Position numbers and translations under genes: made by a program. From assembly GCA_947502375.1 (NCBI GenBank), contig CANMZR010000001.1:4886-68885 (forward strand): DNA of 64,000 bases. The letters run 5' to 3'. Below are positions 1 through 8,022 of the stretch, one piece after another. The stretch's first letter is position 1; every line of letters starts with the position of its first letter. The notes under the pieces are model-generated. The model saw nothing but the letters and a program-made list of their open reading frames with translations, was not told the DNA's origin and ran no database searches. The DNA comes from Polyangiaceae bacterium. Its GTDB lineage: Bacteria > Myxococcota_A > Polyangia > Polyangiales > Polyangiaceae.

Positions 1-317
1 AGCCTCGCAACTTCCGGGCCATGGCGAGAACGTACGCGTACACGTGCGTTTCGACGCGCAACTACCGTTGTTTGAGACGGGGTAAGCGGCTCTCATCACG
101 CGCACAGGGCGCCCCGGACGCTCGTCTCGGGTCACAAAAGTTCGCTTGAGAACTCACACGCCCCCGTCGGTTGCGAGGGCGCGTCCTTTCGCCGCCTTAC
201 GGAGCCATCGTGCGATGGGGCTGCCGATACGTTTCGGGTGGGGTGAAGCGCTGATTCAACCCACGCGCTGCCGTGCCGTACCTTCGAAGCGGGGTGGGCA
301 TTCTCTGAAAGGGTGTC

Positions 318-352
318 GCCGCTTTGGCGGCTCGTCCGTCAGACGGCTGACG
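318..352 (-). terminator. Two short GC-rich hairpins just downstream of the Gly-repeat protein stop; weak candidate terminator for the flbD-motAB-OMP transcription unit
   Basis: GCCGC-TTTG-GCGGC (318-331) and CGTCAG-ACGG-CTGACG (337-352), read by eye. No clear U-tract follows. Confidence 0.25.
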
Positions 353-356
353 ACCC

Positions 357-812
357 CTAAGGGACAGCCACGCCACCCGCGCCACCCGCGCCGCCTACGC
401 CAGTTGCGCCGCCTACGCCAGTTGCGCCGCCTACGCCAGTTGCGCCGCCTACGCCAGTTGCGCCGCCTACGCCAGTTGCGCCACCTACGCCGCCTACGCC
501 GCCTACGCCGCCTACGCCGCCTACGCCGCCTACGCCGCCCACGCCGCCTACGCCGCCTACGCCGCCCACGCCGCCCACGCCGCCTACGCCGCCTGCGCCG
601 CCTGCGGCGCCGTCAAGGGCACAGCGACCAGCAATGCAGGTAAAGCCACTCTGGCAGTCGGAGATGCGCAAGCACGCATCCGAGGGCACGCAGCTCGGAG
701 TGACGAAGGCACCCGCCAAAACGACAGCCAAAGCGACAGCCGAACCGACAGCGGCCCACGCAGCGACGGGCACCCGGCGCAGCCGTGGCGAAGACGCGTT
801 AAAAGAGTGCAA
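357..812 (-). CDS. Secreted or membrane-anchored Cys-rich protein with a long Gly-rich (GGV / GGATGV) repeat tail
   Basis: 151-aa ORF. Hydrophobic N-terminus (VAAWAAVGSAVALAVVLAGAF), a Cys-rich knot (CVPSDACLRISDCQSGFTCIAGRC), then GGVGGV... and GGATGV... repeats encoded by the 9/18-bp tandem repeat. Overlaps the end of the upstream OMP gene by 14 nt. Confidence 0.5.
   Translation of the reverse strand: MHSFNASSPRLRRVPVAAWAAVGSAVALAVVLAGAFVTPSCVPSDACLRISDCQSGFTCIAGRCALDGAAGGAGGVGGVGGVGGVGGVGGVGGVGGVGGVGGVGGVGGVGGATGVGGATGVGGATGVGGATGVGGATGVGGAGGAGGVAVP
372..605. repeat. Coding tandem repeat with 9-bp periodicity (GCCGCCTAC and variants); 5 units are expanded to an 18-bp super-unit (390-479)
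   Basis: Direct reading: 5 x GCCGCCTACGCCAGTTGC (390-479), then about 14 x GCCRCCYRC (480-605), preceded by 2 x GCCACCCGC (372-389). Confidence 0.9.
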
Positions 813-1305
813 TGCGCGCTCCTACGGAGACCATGCCTTGCCAGATCACGGTGTCGGTGGGCAAGTCGCCACCGAGAAAATACACGTTCACGAGCGGATT
901 GACGTTCAGCTCGAGGTCTTTCGAGAACTCACGACGGTAAGCGAAACCAAAGGTCGCACCCATCATGTTCGCGGGAGCGAGGACCGCAGTGGCACCCGCC
1001 TGAAGGGCCATCGTGTCTCGAAATCGGAACAGATAACGGAGATCCGCGCCAAAAGAACCGCGCGGTTCCAACTCGATGAGCGCGCCGACCCCGAACCAGT
1101 GCCGGGGCGTTTCATCGACATGGCCTTCGGCACCGAATCGCAACATCGTCCGGGTGCGCCGAATGCCCGCCGCGTAGCCGCTGCCGCCGCCCTCGATGCC
1201 GAGAAGGATGTCCGCGGCACCAGCGGCGTGCAGCTCCTGTGCGGCAGCCGGCAGCGAACAAGTCGCAACGGCGGTGAGCACGAGACAGCGGGCAATTCGT
1301 TGCAT
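799..1305 (-). CDS. Small outer-membrane beta-barrel-like protein (about 168 aa) encoded directly downstream of motB
   Basis: Internal ATG at 1305 gives a signal peptide (MQRIARCLVLTAVATCSLPAAAQE). Alternating amphipathic strands and a C-terminal ...GARIALF ending in Phe are typical of OM barrels. The ORF track extends to 1371. Confidence 0.55.
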   Translation of the reverse strand: MQRIARCLVLTAVATCSLPAAAQELHAAGAADILLGIEGGGSGYAAGIRRTRTMLRFGAEGHVDETPRHWFGVGALIELEPRGSFGADLRYLFRFRDTMALQAGATAVLAPANMMGATFGFAYRREFSKDLELNVNPLVNVYFLGGDLPTDTVIWQGMVSVGARIALF

Positions 1306-1383
1306 GACGATGGCGTTGACGAGGAGACTTGGACCGAGCACCGGCACGCCGCGGCAAAGCCTTCGCTCCAACCCAAAGCGCGC

Positions 1384-2580
1384 TCAGTGATGGGTCTCGG
1401 CTCCCTTTGCAGGTTTCGTGCCCCTGTCTTCGTTCTTCTTGTCCATCGGGCGCGCCGCCGCTTCGGCCGTTGCGGCCGCGGTCTTCGCCGCAGCGGTCGC
1501 TTCTTCGCTGTCCGCATAAACCGGGTCGAGCCCAATCACGATGTCGACGCGACGGTTTTTCGCGCGACCGGCTTCGGTATCGTTCGATGCCAACGGTTGA
1601 TGCTCGCCGAGCCCGGACGCCGCCAGTCGCGACGGCGGGACCCCAGCTTTTTCCATGAGAACGAGCACGACAGCGGTCGCGCGGGCACTTGACAGGTGCC
1701 AATTCGATGGGAAACGGGTCGTGTGGATCGGGCGATTGTCCGCATGCCCTTCGACTTTGACGAGCACGGGCTTGTCCTTGAGCTCTCGACCCAACGCCTC
1801 AAGCAACGAGAGTGCACGCGGATCGAGTTCGTCGGCGCCGCTGTTGAAGAGCACATCGATATCGAGACGCAGGACGAGCTCGCTGCGGCGTCGTAGGATC
1901 CGAAAGCCGATGGGTGGCGGCTCGGTCGGCTCAGCGCCCTTTTTCAGGCCTTTGTCGCCATCACCGCCACTGCCTTTTCCGGGGCCTTCGGTGCCGCTGG
2001 CACGGTTGCCAGTTTCACGGTCTCCGCGCCCGTCTTTGCCCGACGGAGCGGCGCTGGCTGCGTCGTGGGGGGTCGCCGCGTCACGGCCCCCGGCTTTCGC
2101 ACCATCGCCATCGCCACCGTCGCCCTTCGGCTTGCCCTTGCCGGCGCCTTCCTGATCCGAACGGCCGTTGCCCATGGCGAGAATGAGCCTCGCTTCCTGC
2201 GTGCCAGCAGAAAATGCCGCCATGGCGGCTTGAGCACTTTTCTGGTTCGGGGCCGAGTCCACGAGCGCTTGCAGTGCCTGCATCTGGATCTCGATCTGAC
2301 CGAGCTTCGTCTTCTCATTCGAGATGTACTTCACCCCCGCTTTGGCCATCATCGAGAACGGTGAGTTCGTGCCGTCAAAGACGCCCATCGAGCCCTGCAA
2401 GACGTGCACGCCCATCGCCTCGACGAAAGACTCGGAGTACCGGCCCACCTTGTTCGAGTCGGTCTGCGACACCGAAAACATGACGACGAAAAATGCGAAG
2501 AGCAGCGTGATGAAATCCGCGTAACTGATCAGCCACCGCTCGTGGTTGACGTGTTCGGGATGCTTGTGTTTCTTCGCCAT
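1384..2580 (-). CDS. motB: Flagellar stator protein MotB (OmpA-like peptidoglycan-binding C-terminus) with a long low-complexity linker
   Basis: N-terminal TM segment with the conserved Asp (ISYADFITLLFAFFVVMF). C-terminal OmpA-like motif (VEGHADNRPI...NWHLSSARA...NRRVDIVI). Sits directly downstream of motA. Confidence 0.9.
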   Translation of the reverse strand: MAKKHKHPEHVNHERWLISYADFITLLFAFFVVMFSVSQTDSNKVGRYSESFVEAMGVHVLQGSMGVFDGTNSPFSMMAKAGVKYISNEKTKLGQIEIQMQALQALVDSAPNQKSAQAAMAAFSAGTQEARLILAMGNGRSDQEGAGKGKPKGDGGDGDGAKAGGRDAATPHDAASAAPSGKDGRGDRETGNRASGTEGPGKGSGGDGDKGLKKGAEPTEPPPIGFRILRRRSELVLRLDIDVLFNSGADELDPRALSLLEALGRELKDKPVLVKVEGHADNRPIHTTRFPSNWHLSSARATAVVLVLMEKAGVPPSRLAASGLGEHQPLASNDTEAGRAKNRRVDIVIGLDPVYADSEEATAAAKTAAATAEAAARPMDKKNEDRGTKPAKGAETHH

Positions 2581-2715
2581 GAGCCTTGGAGCCGCGATGC
2601 ACGGTGAACCCTGACCCGGAACGCCAGGGGGAGTCGAACAGAGACCTCCCTGAGAGTAACGGCAAGTGGAAGAGAAGCTTGAGAAAAACGCGCGTCAGGT
2701 CGCTGCAGCCGTGGC

Positions 2716-3495
2716 TCAGCCACCCTCGGGCGCTGCCGTCTTGGCGCGCTCGCTTTCTTTCAAGAAGCTGTTCAGACGGTCGCGGACAAGCTTCGGGTTG
2801 GTACCCTCTTGAATCGCCAGCACCCCCTGCAGCATCATCTCTTGAACGTGCGCGGCCTCCTTCGCACGGAGCTTCACGCGACCGCCGAGGGGCATCATGA
2901 ACATGTTCGCGAAAGCCACCCCGTAAATCGTCGCAATGAAGGCCGTCGCGATGCCATGCCCCACCGCTTCGATGTCGGAGAGGTTTTTCATCACCTGGAT
3001 GAGCCCGAGCACCGCGCCGATGATCCCGACCGTGGGGGCATAACCTCCCGCGGCCTCGAAGGCTTTGCCTACGTTCTCGGCCTCTTCTTCCTCCTGCTGC
3101 ATCGATATCTCCATCGTGTCGCGGATGGTGTTCGAGTCAGCCCCATCGATCGCCATCATGAGCGCACGGGAGAGAAATGGGTGGGACACGTTCGGGGCGA
3201 GCTTCTCGAGACCGAGAATGCCTTCACGCCGAGCGCGCGTGGCAAGGTCGACGATCTCGTCGATGAGCTTACCGTGCTCGACATGCGCATTCTTGAAGAG
3301 CTTTCCGAGCCACCCGCCCATGCCCTTGATCACGTCCGGCGGAAACTGAACGAAAACCGCGCCGATGGTGCCACCGAGCACGATGATGAGCGCCGGACCA
3401 CCGACGACGTCACTGACGAGGCCGTGCTCGAGGTTGTTGCCCAAAAGCACCGCAAATGTGCCGAATATGATTCCGAAAACCAGACCAAGATCCAT
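2716..3495 (-). CDS. motA: Flagellar stator protein MotA (MotA/TolQ/ExbB family)
   Basis: 259 aa with four hydrophobic segments, a family-typical C-terminal half (GGYAPTVGIIGAVLGLIQVM...ATAFIATIYGVAFANMF), and context flbD-motA-motB. Confidence 0.9.
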   Translation of the reverse strand: MDLGLVFGIIFGTFAVLLGNNLEHGLVSDVVGGPALIIVLGGTIGAVFVQFPPDVIKGMGGWLGKLFKNAHVEHGKLIDEIVDLATRARREGILGLEKLAPNVSHPFLSRALMMAIDGADSNTIRDTMEISMQQEEEEAENVGKAFEAAGGYAPTVGIIGAVLGLIQVMKNLSDIEAVGHGIATAFIATIYGVAFANMFMMPLGGRVKLRAKEAAHVQEMMLQGVLAIQEGTNPKLVRDRLNSFLKESERAKTAAPEGG

Positions 3496-3498
3496 GAA

Positions 3499-3771
3499 TC
3501 AGGACTCCTCTTCCGGGTCCCGTGACGGGACCGCAAAGGCCAGCGGACGCTCTCCATCGCCGCGGCCGAGCGGACAGACGCCGGGGCCGAACGAGTGAAC
3601 GCGCCGGCGCAAGGCCACATAGCTGTCGATCACTTCCTCCAGGGACTCTCGAACGATGATGGTCTCGCCGCCGAGCATGCGCAAAGTCGTGTCGGGGGAA
3701 ACGTCGATGGTGACGATGTGGTCGGCGTTGATTCCGATTGTTTGCCGGTTGAGACGAGTCAGTTTGAGCAC
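3499..3771 (-). CDS. flbD: Flagellar protein FlbD
   Basis: LKLTRLNRQTIGINADHIVTIDVSPDTTL...IIVRESLEEVIDSY matches my recollection of the FlbD family (typical N-terminus MIKLTRLNG...). I chose the GTG at 3771. The ORF-track start at 3807 is also GTG, has no SD, and would lie upstream of the predicted sigma54 transcription start. Confidence 0.75.
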   Translation of the reverse strand: MLKLTRLNRQTIGINADHIVTIDVSPDTTLRMLGGETIIVRESLEEVIDSYVALRRRVHSFGPGVCPLGRGDGERPLAFAVPSRDPEEES

Positions 3772-3811
3772 GGTGTGAACTTTCGAGGTTAGATCGCCCC
3801 GACCCACTTAG

Positions 3812-3826
3812 GCAATTTTAGGGCCG
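3812..3826 (-). promoter_or_regulatory. Candidate sigma54 (-24/-12) promoter for flbD-motAB
   Basis: Minus strand reads cGGCCCtaaaaTTGCc, so GG and TTGC have the exact consensus spacing (TGGCACG-N4-TTGC). The predicted start near 3800 is about 29 nt upstream of the GTG at 3771. Confidence 0.45.
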
Positions 3827-3895
3827 TTTGCGAAATCGGAGAGCCGCGCTCCTCCTGGATGCCAACCGGCTCGGCGCAAGTCGTCCGCTCGCGGC

Positions 3896-3912
3896 TGGCA
3901 CGCCGTGTGCTT
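3896..3912 (+). promoter_or_regulatory. Candidate sigma54 (-24/-12) promoter for the flgB operon
   Basis: TGGCACG-ccgt-GTGC-tt has a perfect -24 element and correct spacing; the -12 element reads GTGC rather than TTGC. The predicted start near 3921 falls inside the first 17-bp repeat. Confidence 0.55.
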
Positions 3913-3913
3913 A

Positions 3914-3981
3914 GTGAAGTTGCTATGAGCGTGAAGTTGCTATGAGCGTGAAGTTGCTATGAGGGTGAAGTTGCTATGAGC
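3914..3981 (+). repeat. 4 x 17-bp perfect or near-perfect tandem repeat (GTGAAGTTGCTATGAGC) that forms the flgB leader and contains the flgB ATG
   Basis: Copies at 3914-3930, 3931-3947, 3948-3964 (last base G) and 3965-3981. Each carries an ATG (3925, 3942, 3959, 3976). Confidence 0.95.
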
Positions 3982-4371
3982 TCCATTCTCGGCAGCGTGG
4001 ACCCGCTCCACAGGGCGCTCGATTACCATCTGGCACGCCAGACCCTTCTCACGACCAACCTGACGCAGGTGGATACGCCGGGCTACAAAGCGCAGGACCT
4101 CGTGCGTGAAGCCGGAGAGTTCGGCGGTTTGCTTCAGGTCGAACTGCAAGCGAGCGCACCGGGGCATTTTGGCAGCGCGGGCGGGGGCAAAGCTCCCGAG
4201 TGGCACGTAGGGAGAGACGCGTTCGCCCCCGAGGGAACCGATGGCAACAGCGTCAGCCTCGATCGGGAAGCGGTTAAAATTGCTTCAAACAACGTTCGCT
4301 ACGACGCGATCACCTCGATGGTGAAGGGCGCGCTGGACAACCTCGACTGGGCCGTCAGGGACGGGAAATAA
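3976..4371 (+). CDS. flgB: Flagellar basal-body rod protein FlgB
   Basis: 131 aa. N-terminal rod motif (NLTQVDTPGYKA), a C-terminal VSLDREAVKIASNNVRYDA region, and position ahead of flgC. Confidence 0.9.
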   Translation: MSSILGSVDPLHRALDYHLARQTLLTTNLTQVDTPGYKAQDLVREAGEFGGLLQVELQASAPGHFGSAGGGKAPEWHVGRDAFAPEGTDGNSVSLDREAVKIASNNVRYDAITSMVKGALDNLDWAVRDGK

Positions 4372-4373
4372 CC

Positions 4374-4820
4374 ATGAGCGCAATCGGAGCTACACCGGGG
4401 ATTTTCACAGCGCTCGAGGTCGCAGGCTCAGGACTCTCGGCCGAGCGGGCGCGCATGAACGTCATCGCGTCGAACCTCGCGAACGCACGGACGACACGAG
4501 GCGCAGACGGGCAGCCCTACCGCCGGCTCGATCCTGTTTTTCAGTCTCGTTCGGTGAGCCCCGGCTCGTTCGATCCGGTCCTGCGGTCGATCAAAACCGT
4601 CGAGATGACGCGCGTACAGCCCGATCAGACCCCTGGTCAACTCGTGTACGACCCCCAGCATCCGGACGCCGACGCGGCAGGCTATGTCGAGTTACCGAAC
4701 GTCAATGTCGTGACGGAGATGGTCAACATGATGACTGCATCTCGAGCCTACGAGGCAGGCGTCACCTCCATCGAATCGATCAAACAGATGGCCGCCTCGG
4801 CCCTTCGGATTGGGCGGTAA
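4374..4820 (+). CDS. flgC: Flagellar basal-body rod protein FlgC
   Basis: 148 aa. SGLSAERARMNVIASNLANARTTR N-terminal motif and a C-terminal VNVVTEMVNMMTASRAYEA motif. Confidence 0.92.
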   Translation: MSAIGATPGIFTALEVAGSGLSAERARMNVIASNLANARTTRGADGQPYRRLDPVFQSRSVSPGSFDPVLRSIKTVEMTRVQPDQTPGQLVYDPQHPDADAAGYVELPNVNVVTEMVNMMTASRAYEAGVTSIESIKQMAASALRIGR

Positions 4821-4823
4821 GTC

Positions 4824-5195
4824 ATGGCGGCAACCGGAAGCCTTTACGGGATCCCAGAGGTCCGCACGAGCCCACTGCAGGAAGGCCGAGCCTTCGGCGG
4901 GGGCTCGGCACAGGGCGTTCAGGTCGGCGACCTCGACTGGGCCGATAAGTCCAACCAAACCGACGCGCTCAACGGCACCAGTTTCGGAGACTTGCTTTCG
5001 AAGGGGCTCGAAAAGACCAACGAACTCGGACACGTCGCCGAGGCCCAGGCCCAAGCGTTCGCCCGGGGCTCCTTCGATGATCTTCACGGCACGATGATCT
5101 CGGCAAAGGAAGCCGAGATTTCGCTTCGCATGGTCGGAACGGTCCGCACCAAGCTCCTCGACGCCTTCCACGAACTTTGGCGAATCAATGTCTGA
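4824..5195 (+). CDS. fliE: Flagellar hook-basal body protein FliE
   Basis: 123 aa. C-terminal LHGTMISAKEAEISLRMVGTVRTKLLDAFHELWRINV is typical of FliE. Gene order flgBC-fliE-fliF. Confidence 0.85.
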   Translation: MAATGSLYGIPEVRTSPLQEGRAFGGGSAQGVQVGDLDWADKSNQTDALNGTSFGDLLSKGLEKTNELGHVAEAQAQAFARGSFDDLHGTMISAKEAEISLRMVGTVRTKLLDAFHELWRINV

Positions 5196-6909
5196 AACTC
5201 GGACCGAACCCAACAAGAACGACCCCAACGCGCCGCTGCTACCGGCGGCCGCGCGGGATGTGCTGAACCAGCTTCAGAGCATCTGGCAGCGGCTTCCCTT
5301 CGCGCTGAAGCTGTTTGTGCTGTCGGGCGTCGCGACCGCGCTGGTCGTGGCCGCCTACTTCGCAGCGGCCCCGCTCTTGCGCGAGTATTCCGTTCTTTAC
5401 AGCCGCCTCGAAGGCGAAGATGCCGGAGCCATCGTCGAGAAATTGAAGGCTCAGAAAATCCCCTTCGAGCTGACGGGCGACGGCACCACAATCAAGGTCC
5501 CCACCGACAAAGTGCACGAGGTCCGCCTTCAACTCGCGGCCGAAGGGATCCCGAAAGGGGGTCACGTCGGCTTCGAGAGCTTCGACAACATGCGGCTCGG
5601 CGCGACAGAGTTCGAACAGCAGGTCGTCTACCGTCGCGCGATGGAAGGCGAGCTCGCACGAACCATCGGCACCGTTCACTCCGTGCAGAGTGCCCGGGTC
5701 CATCTCGTCCTGCCGAAGGCTTCCGTGTTTGCCCAGAAAAAGGAACCGGCAACCGCCTCCGTGGTTGTCAAACTCCGTGGCGCGCGGATGGAAGACGAGG
5801 AAATATCGAGCGTCGTGAGCCTTGTTTCTTCGGCGGTTCAGGGTCTCGATCCCGATCGCGTCTCGCTCGTCACGACGGACGGTCGCATGCTCCACCGCCC
5901 GCGGCCCGCCATGCCCGAAGGCGAAGCCGGCTCGACGAGCGCGTCGGAACAAGATCTCCTGACTCAGCGCCGTGGAATCGAGGCCCTTCTCGAAGAGCGC
6001 ACTCGCACGATGCTCGAGCGGGTCCTTGGAGCCGGGCACGTGGACGTGCGTGTGACCGCCGACCTCGATCGCGCCAAAGTGGAAACAACCACCGACAAGT
6101 ACGATCACAGTCGGTCGTCGATGCGCAGCGAACAGCAGCTCGTCGAGCAGTCCGCGACGGGAGCGCCCGTCGACAACACGGTGGCTGGAGTACCCGGAGC
6201 CGAAGGCGCCCTGCCAGGCACGGAGACCGCCGTCGGGGCCGGCGCCGACGCCGCACCCGGCGGGACGCTGCGCCGTCAATCCACACGAAACTACGAAATC
6301 GACCGGGTCCAGGAGCGCCGCGTCAGCGTCACGCAGAACGTGAAGCGGCTGGCGGTTGCCGTGGTGATCGATGCCGTTCCAAGCGAGGGCCCGAACGGCA
6401 CCGCGGCGCCGCGCACGCAGCCCGAGATCGACAAACTCGCTCAGCTCGTTCGGAGCGCAGTCGGCTTCGACGAAGACCGAGGCGACATCGTCACGGTCGA
6501 GTCTGTGCCCTTCTTCATCGAGAAAACTCCCGAGCCTTTCGAGGAGCCGACCCTCTTGCCGCTCTCGGAGCCAATGAAGGCGAAGTACGGTAAATACCTG
6601 CCTTTGGCGCGAGTCGTAGCCATCACGCTCGGTGCCGCCATCGCCTTGATGATCCTGCTGCGCGCGGCCCGCAAGTACCGAGAGCGCCTGGCGAAGGCCA
6701 GAACGAAGGAGCTTGCCGCGCAAGAGCGCATCGTGAAACTCCAGCTCGAGGCCGCCAAGGACAACCCGCAGCGTCCTGCCGAGGAGCTGGTCGCCTTCCG
6801 CACCGAGGCCCTCCGCCGCGCAAGCGACGACCCGGCCACCGCGGCTCTCGTCTTGCGGCATTGGCTCGCAGGCTATGAGCTCCCAGTGACGAAGGACAAC
6901 GCGGCCTGA
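5188..6909 (+). CDS. fliF: Flagellar MS-ring protein FliF
   Basis: 573 aa with an N-terminal TM segment, a YscJ/FliF-type ring-building region (LYSRLEGEDAGAIVEKLKAQKIPFEL...), and a C-terminal TM segment. Overlaps fliE by 8 nt. Confidence 0.92.
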   Translation: MSETRTEPNKNDPNAPLLPAAARDVLNQLQSIWQRLPFALKLFVLSGVATALVVAAYFAAAPLLREYSVLYSRLEGEDAGAIVEKLKAQKIPFELTGDGTTIKVPTDKVHEVRLQLAAEGIPKGGHVGFESFDNMRLGATEFEQQVVYRRAMEGELARTIGTVHSVQSARVHLVLPKASVFAQKKEPATASVVVKLRGARMEDEEISSVVSLVSSAVQGLDPDRVSLVTTDGRMLHRPRPAMPEGEAGSTSASEQDLLTQRRGIEALLEERTRTMLERVLGAGHVDVRVTADLDRAKVETTTDKYDHSRSSMRSEQQLVEQSATGAPVDNTVAGVPGAEGALPGTETAVGAGADAAPGGTLRRQSTRNYEIDRVQERRVSVTQNVKRLAVAVVIDAVPSEGPNGTAAPRTQPEIDKLAQLVRSAVGFDEDRGDIVTVESVPFFIEKTPEPFEEPTLLPLSEPMKAKYGKYLPLARVVAITLGAAIALMILLRAARKYRERLAKARTKELAAQERIVKLQLEAAKDNPQRPAEELVAFRTEALRRASDDPATAALVLRHWLAGYELPVTKDNAA

Positions 6910-7038
6910 CCCGGCCGGGCGAGCAGGCGCCCGCAACAGTTTGACGATAGACTAGTCCCAAGGCGTACCTGCGAGGTATGGCTTGGGGGGGGACTGAATC
7001 TGGAATGCCCCAACGCACGAGCTCGGCAGGAGAAGAAC

Positions 7039-8019
7039 ATGGCGACAGCGAACCTCACCGATCCCCAAAAGGCGGTTCTGTTCCTCCTGTCCCTCGACGA
7101 GGCCGTTGCAGCACCGATCGTCAACGAACTTGACCCGCTGCAGCTCCGCAAGCTCCGCGAGATAGCGAGTTCCATGCACGAGGTCAGCACGAGCGCGCTC
7201 GACGAGACTTACAAGGAGTTCGTCACCCGGAGCGCCGTCGCCGTCGCCGTGCCGAAAGGCGGCCTTCCATACCTTCGTCGTCTCACCCGCGGCGGCTTGA
7301 ACGGCAACCCTGATATCCCCGTTGACGTCGAGAATGACGGGCCGATCCCGAAGCTCGAAGCGGCGCCGCCCGAAGCCGTGGCGGCACTCTTGTCCGAGGA
7401 AACAGACCAACTCGTGGCAGCGATCCTGGCGCGCCTCGATCCGAAGCGCGCGGCACCGATCCTTGAGGCGCTACCGCCGGCGCGGGAAGCCGCCATCCTC
7501 ATGCGCATGACGAAGATGACCGACCTCCCCGTGGAGGTGTTGAACGACGTCGCCGCGGCGATTGCAGCTGAGCTGCCACAAGCGAGCAACGAGGCCTCCC
7601 TCACACTCGACGGCATCAAGCGGGCGGCGGACATCTTGAACTCGGGCGGCCGTCAGATGTCGGCGGCGGTGCTCGAACAAATCGAAGAGAAACAGCCCGA
7701 GCTCGCGCGCGACATGCGCCTCGCTATGTTCACCTTCGTCGATCTCGCTCGCCTGGACGCCAAATCAATGCGAACCCTGCTCCGCGAGGTGCCGACCGAA
7801 CGTCTTACGATCGCGCTAAAGGGCGCGCCTCAGGAGGTCATCGACGCTATCTTCCTCGGGCTTTCCGAGCGCGCATCCGCGCTCATTCGTGACGATCTCG
7901 AGGTGCTTGGGAAGGTCCGAAAATCGGAGGTCGAGGGCGCCAGGCAAGAGGTCGTTCAGGTCGCGCTACGACTCGAGGCAGACGGGGTGCTCGATCTTGG
8001 GCGAGGGGGCGACGAGTGA
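7039..8019 (+). CDS. fliG: Flagellar motor switch protein FliG
   Basis: 326 aa. LTDPQKAVLFLLSLDE N-terminus, an MFTF hinge motif, and a charged C-terminal torque-helix region. Confidence 0.93.
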   Translation: MATANLTDPQKAVLFLLSLDEAVAAPIVNELDPLQLRKLREIASSMHEVSTSALDETYKEFVTRSAVAVAVPKGGLPYLRRLTRGGLNGNPDIPVDVENDGPIPKLEAAPPEAVAALLSEETDQLVAAILARLDPKRAAPILEALPPAREAAILMRMTKMTDLPVEVLNDVAAAIAAELPQASNEASLTLDGIKRAADILNSGGRQMSAAVLEQIEEKQPELARDMRLAMFTFVDLARLDAKSMRTLLREVPTERLTIALKGAPQEVIDAIFLGLSERASALIRDDLEVLGKVRKSEVEGARQEVVQVALRLEADGVLDLGRGGDE

Positions 8020-8022
8020 GCG

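Noticed and set aside
223-230. GCCGATAC as a sigma28 -10 element
   Set aside because: There is no TAAA-like -35 at the required ~15-nt spacing and no plus-strand gene downstream.
146-643. 165-aa plus-strand ORF full of LRRLRQ/LRRLRR repeats
   Set aside because: It is the opposite-strand shadow of the 9/18-bp tandem repeat. The minus-strand reading (signal/TM segment, Cys knot, Gly repeats, in an operon with the OMP gene) is biologically more coherent.
5239-6936. 565-aa ORF antisense to fliF. Similar long antisense or alternate-frame ORFs include 52204..54336, 55130..56920, 41001..42092, 19298..20350, 20504..21535, 43731..44840 and 10867..11835.
   Set aside because: These are typical high-GC shadow ORFs. 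They are Arg/Gly/Pro-rich with no recognisable motifs, and each fully overlaps a gene with strong family signatures.
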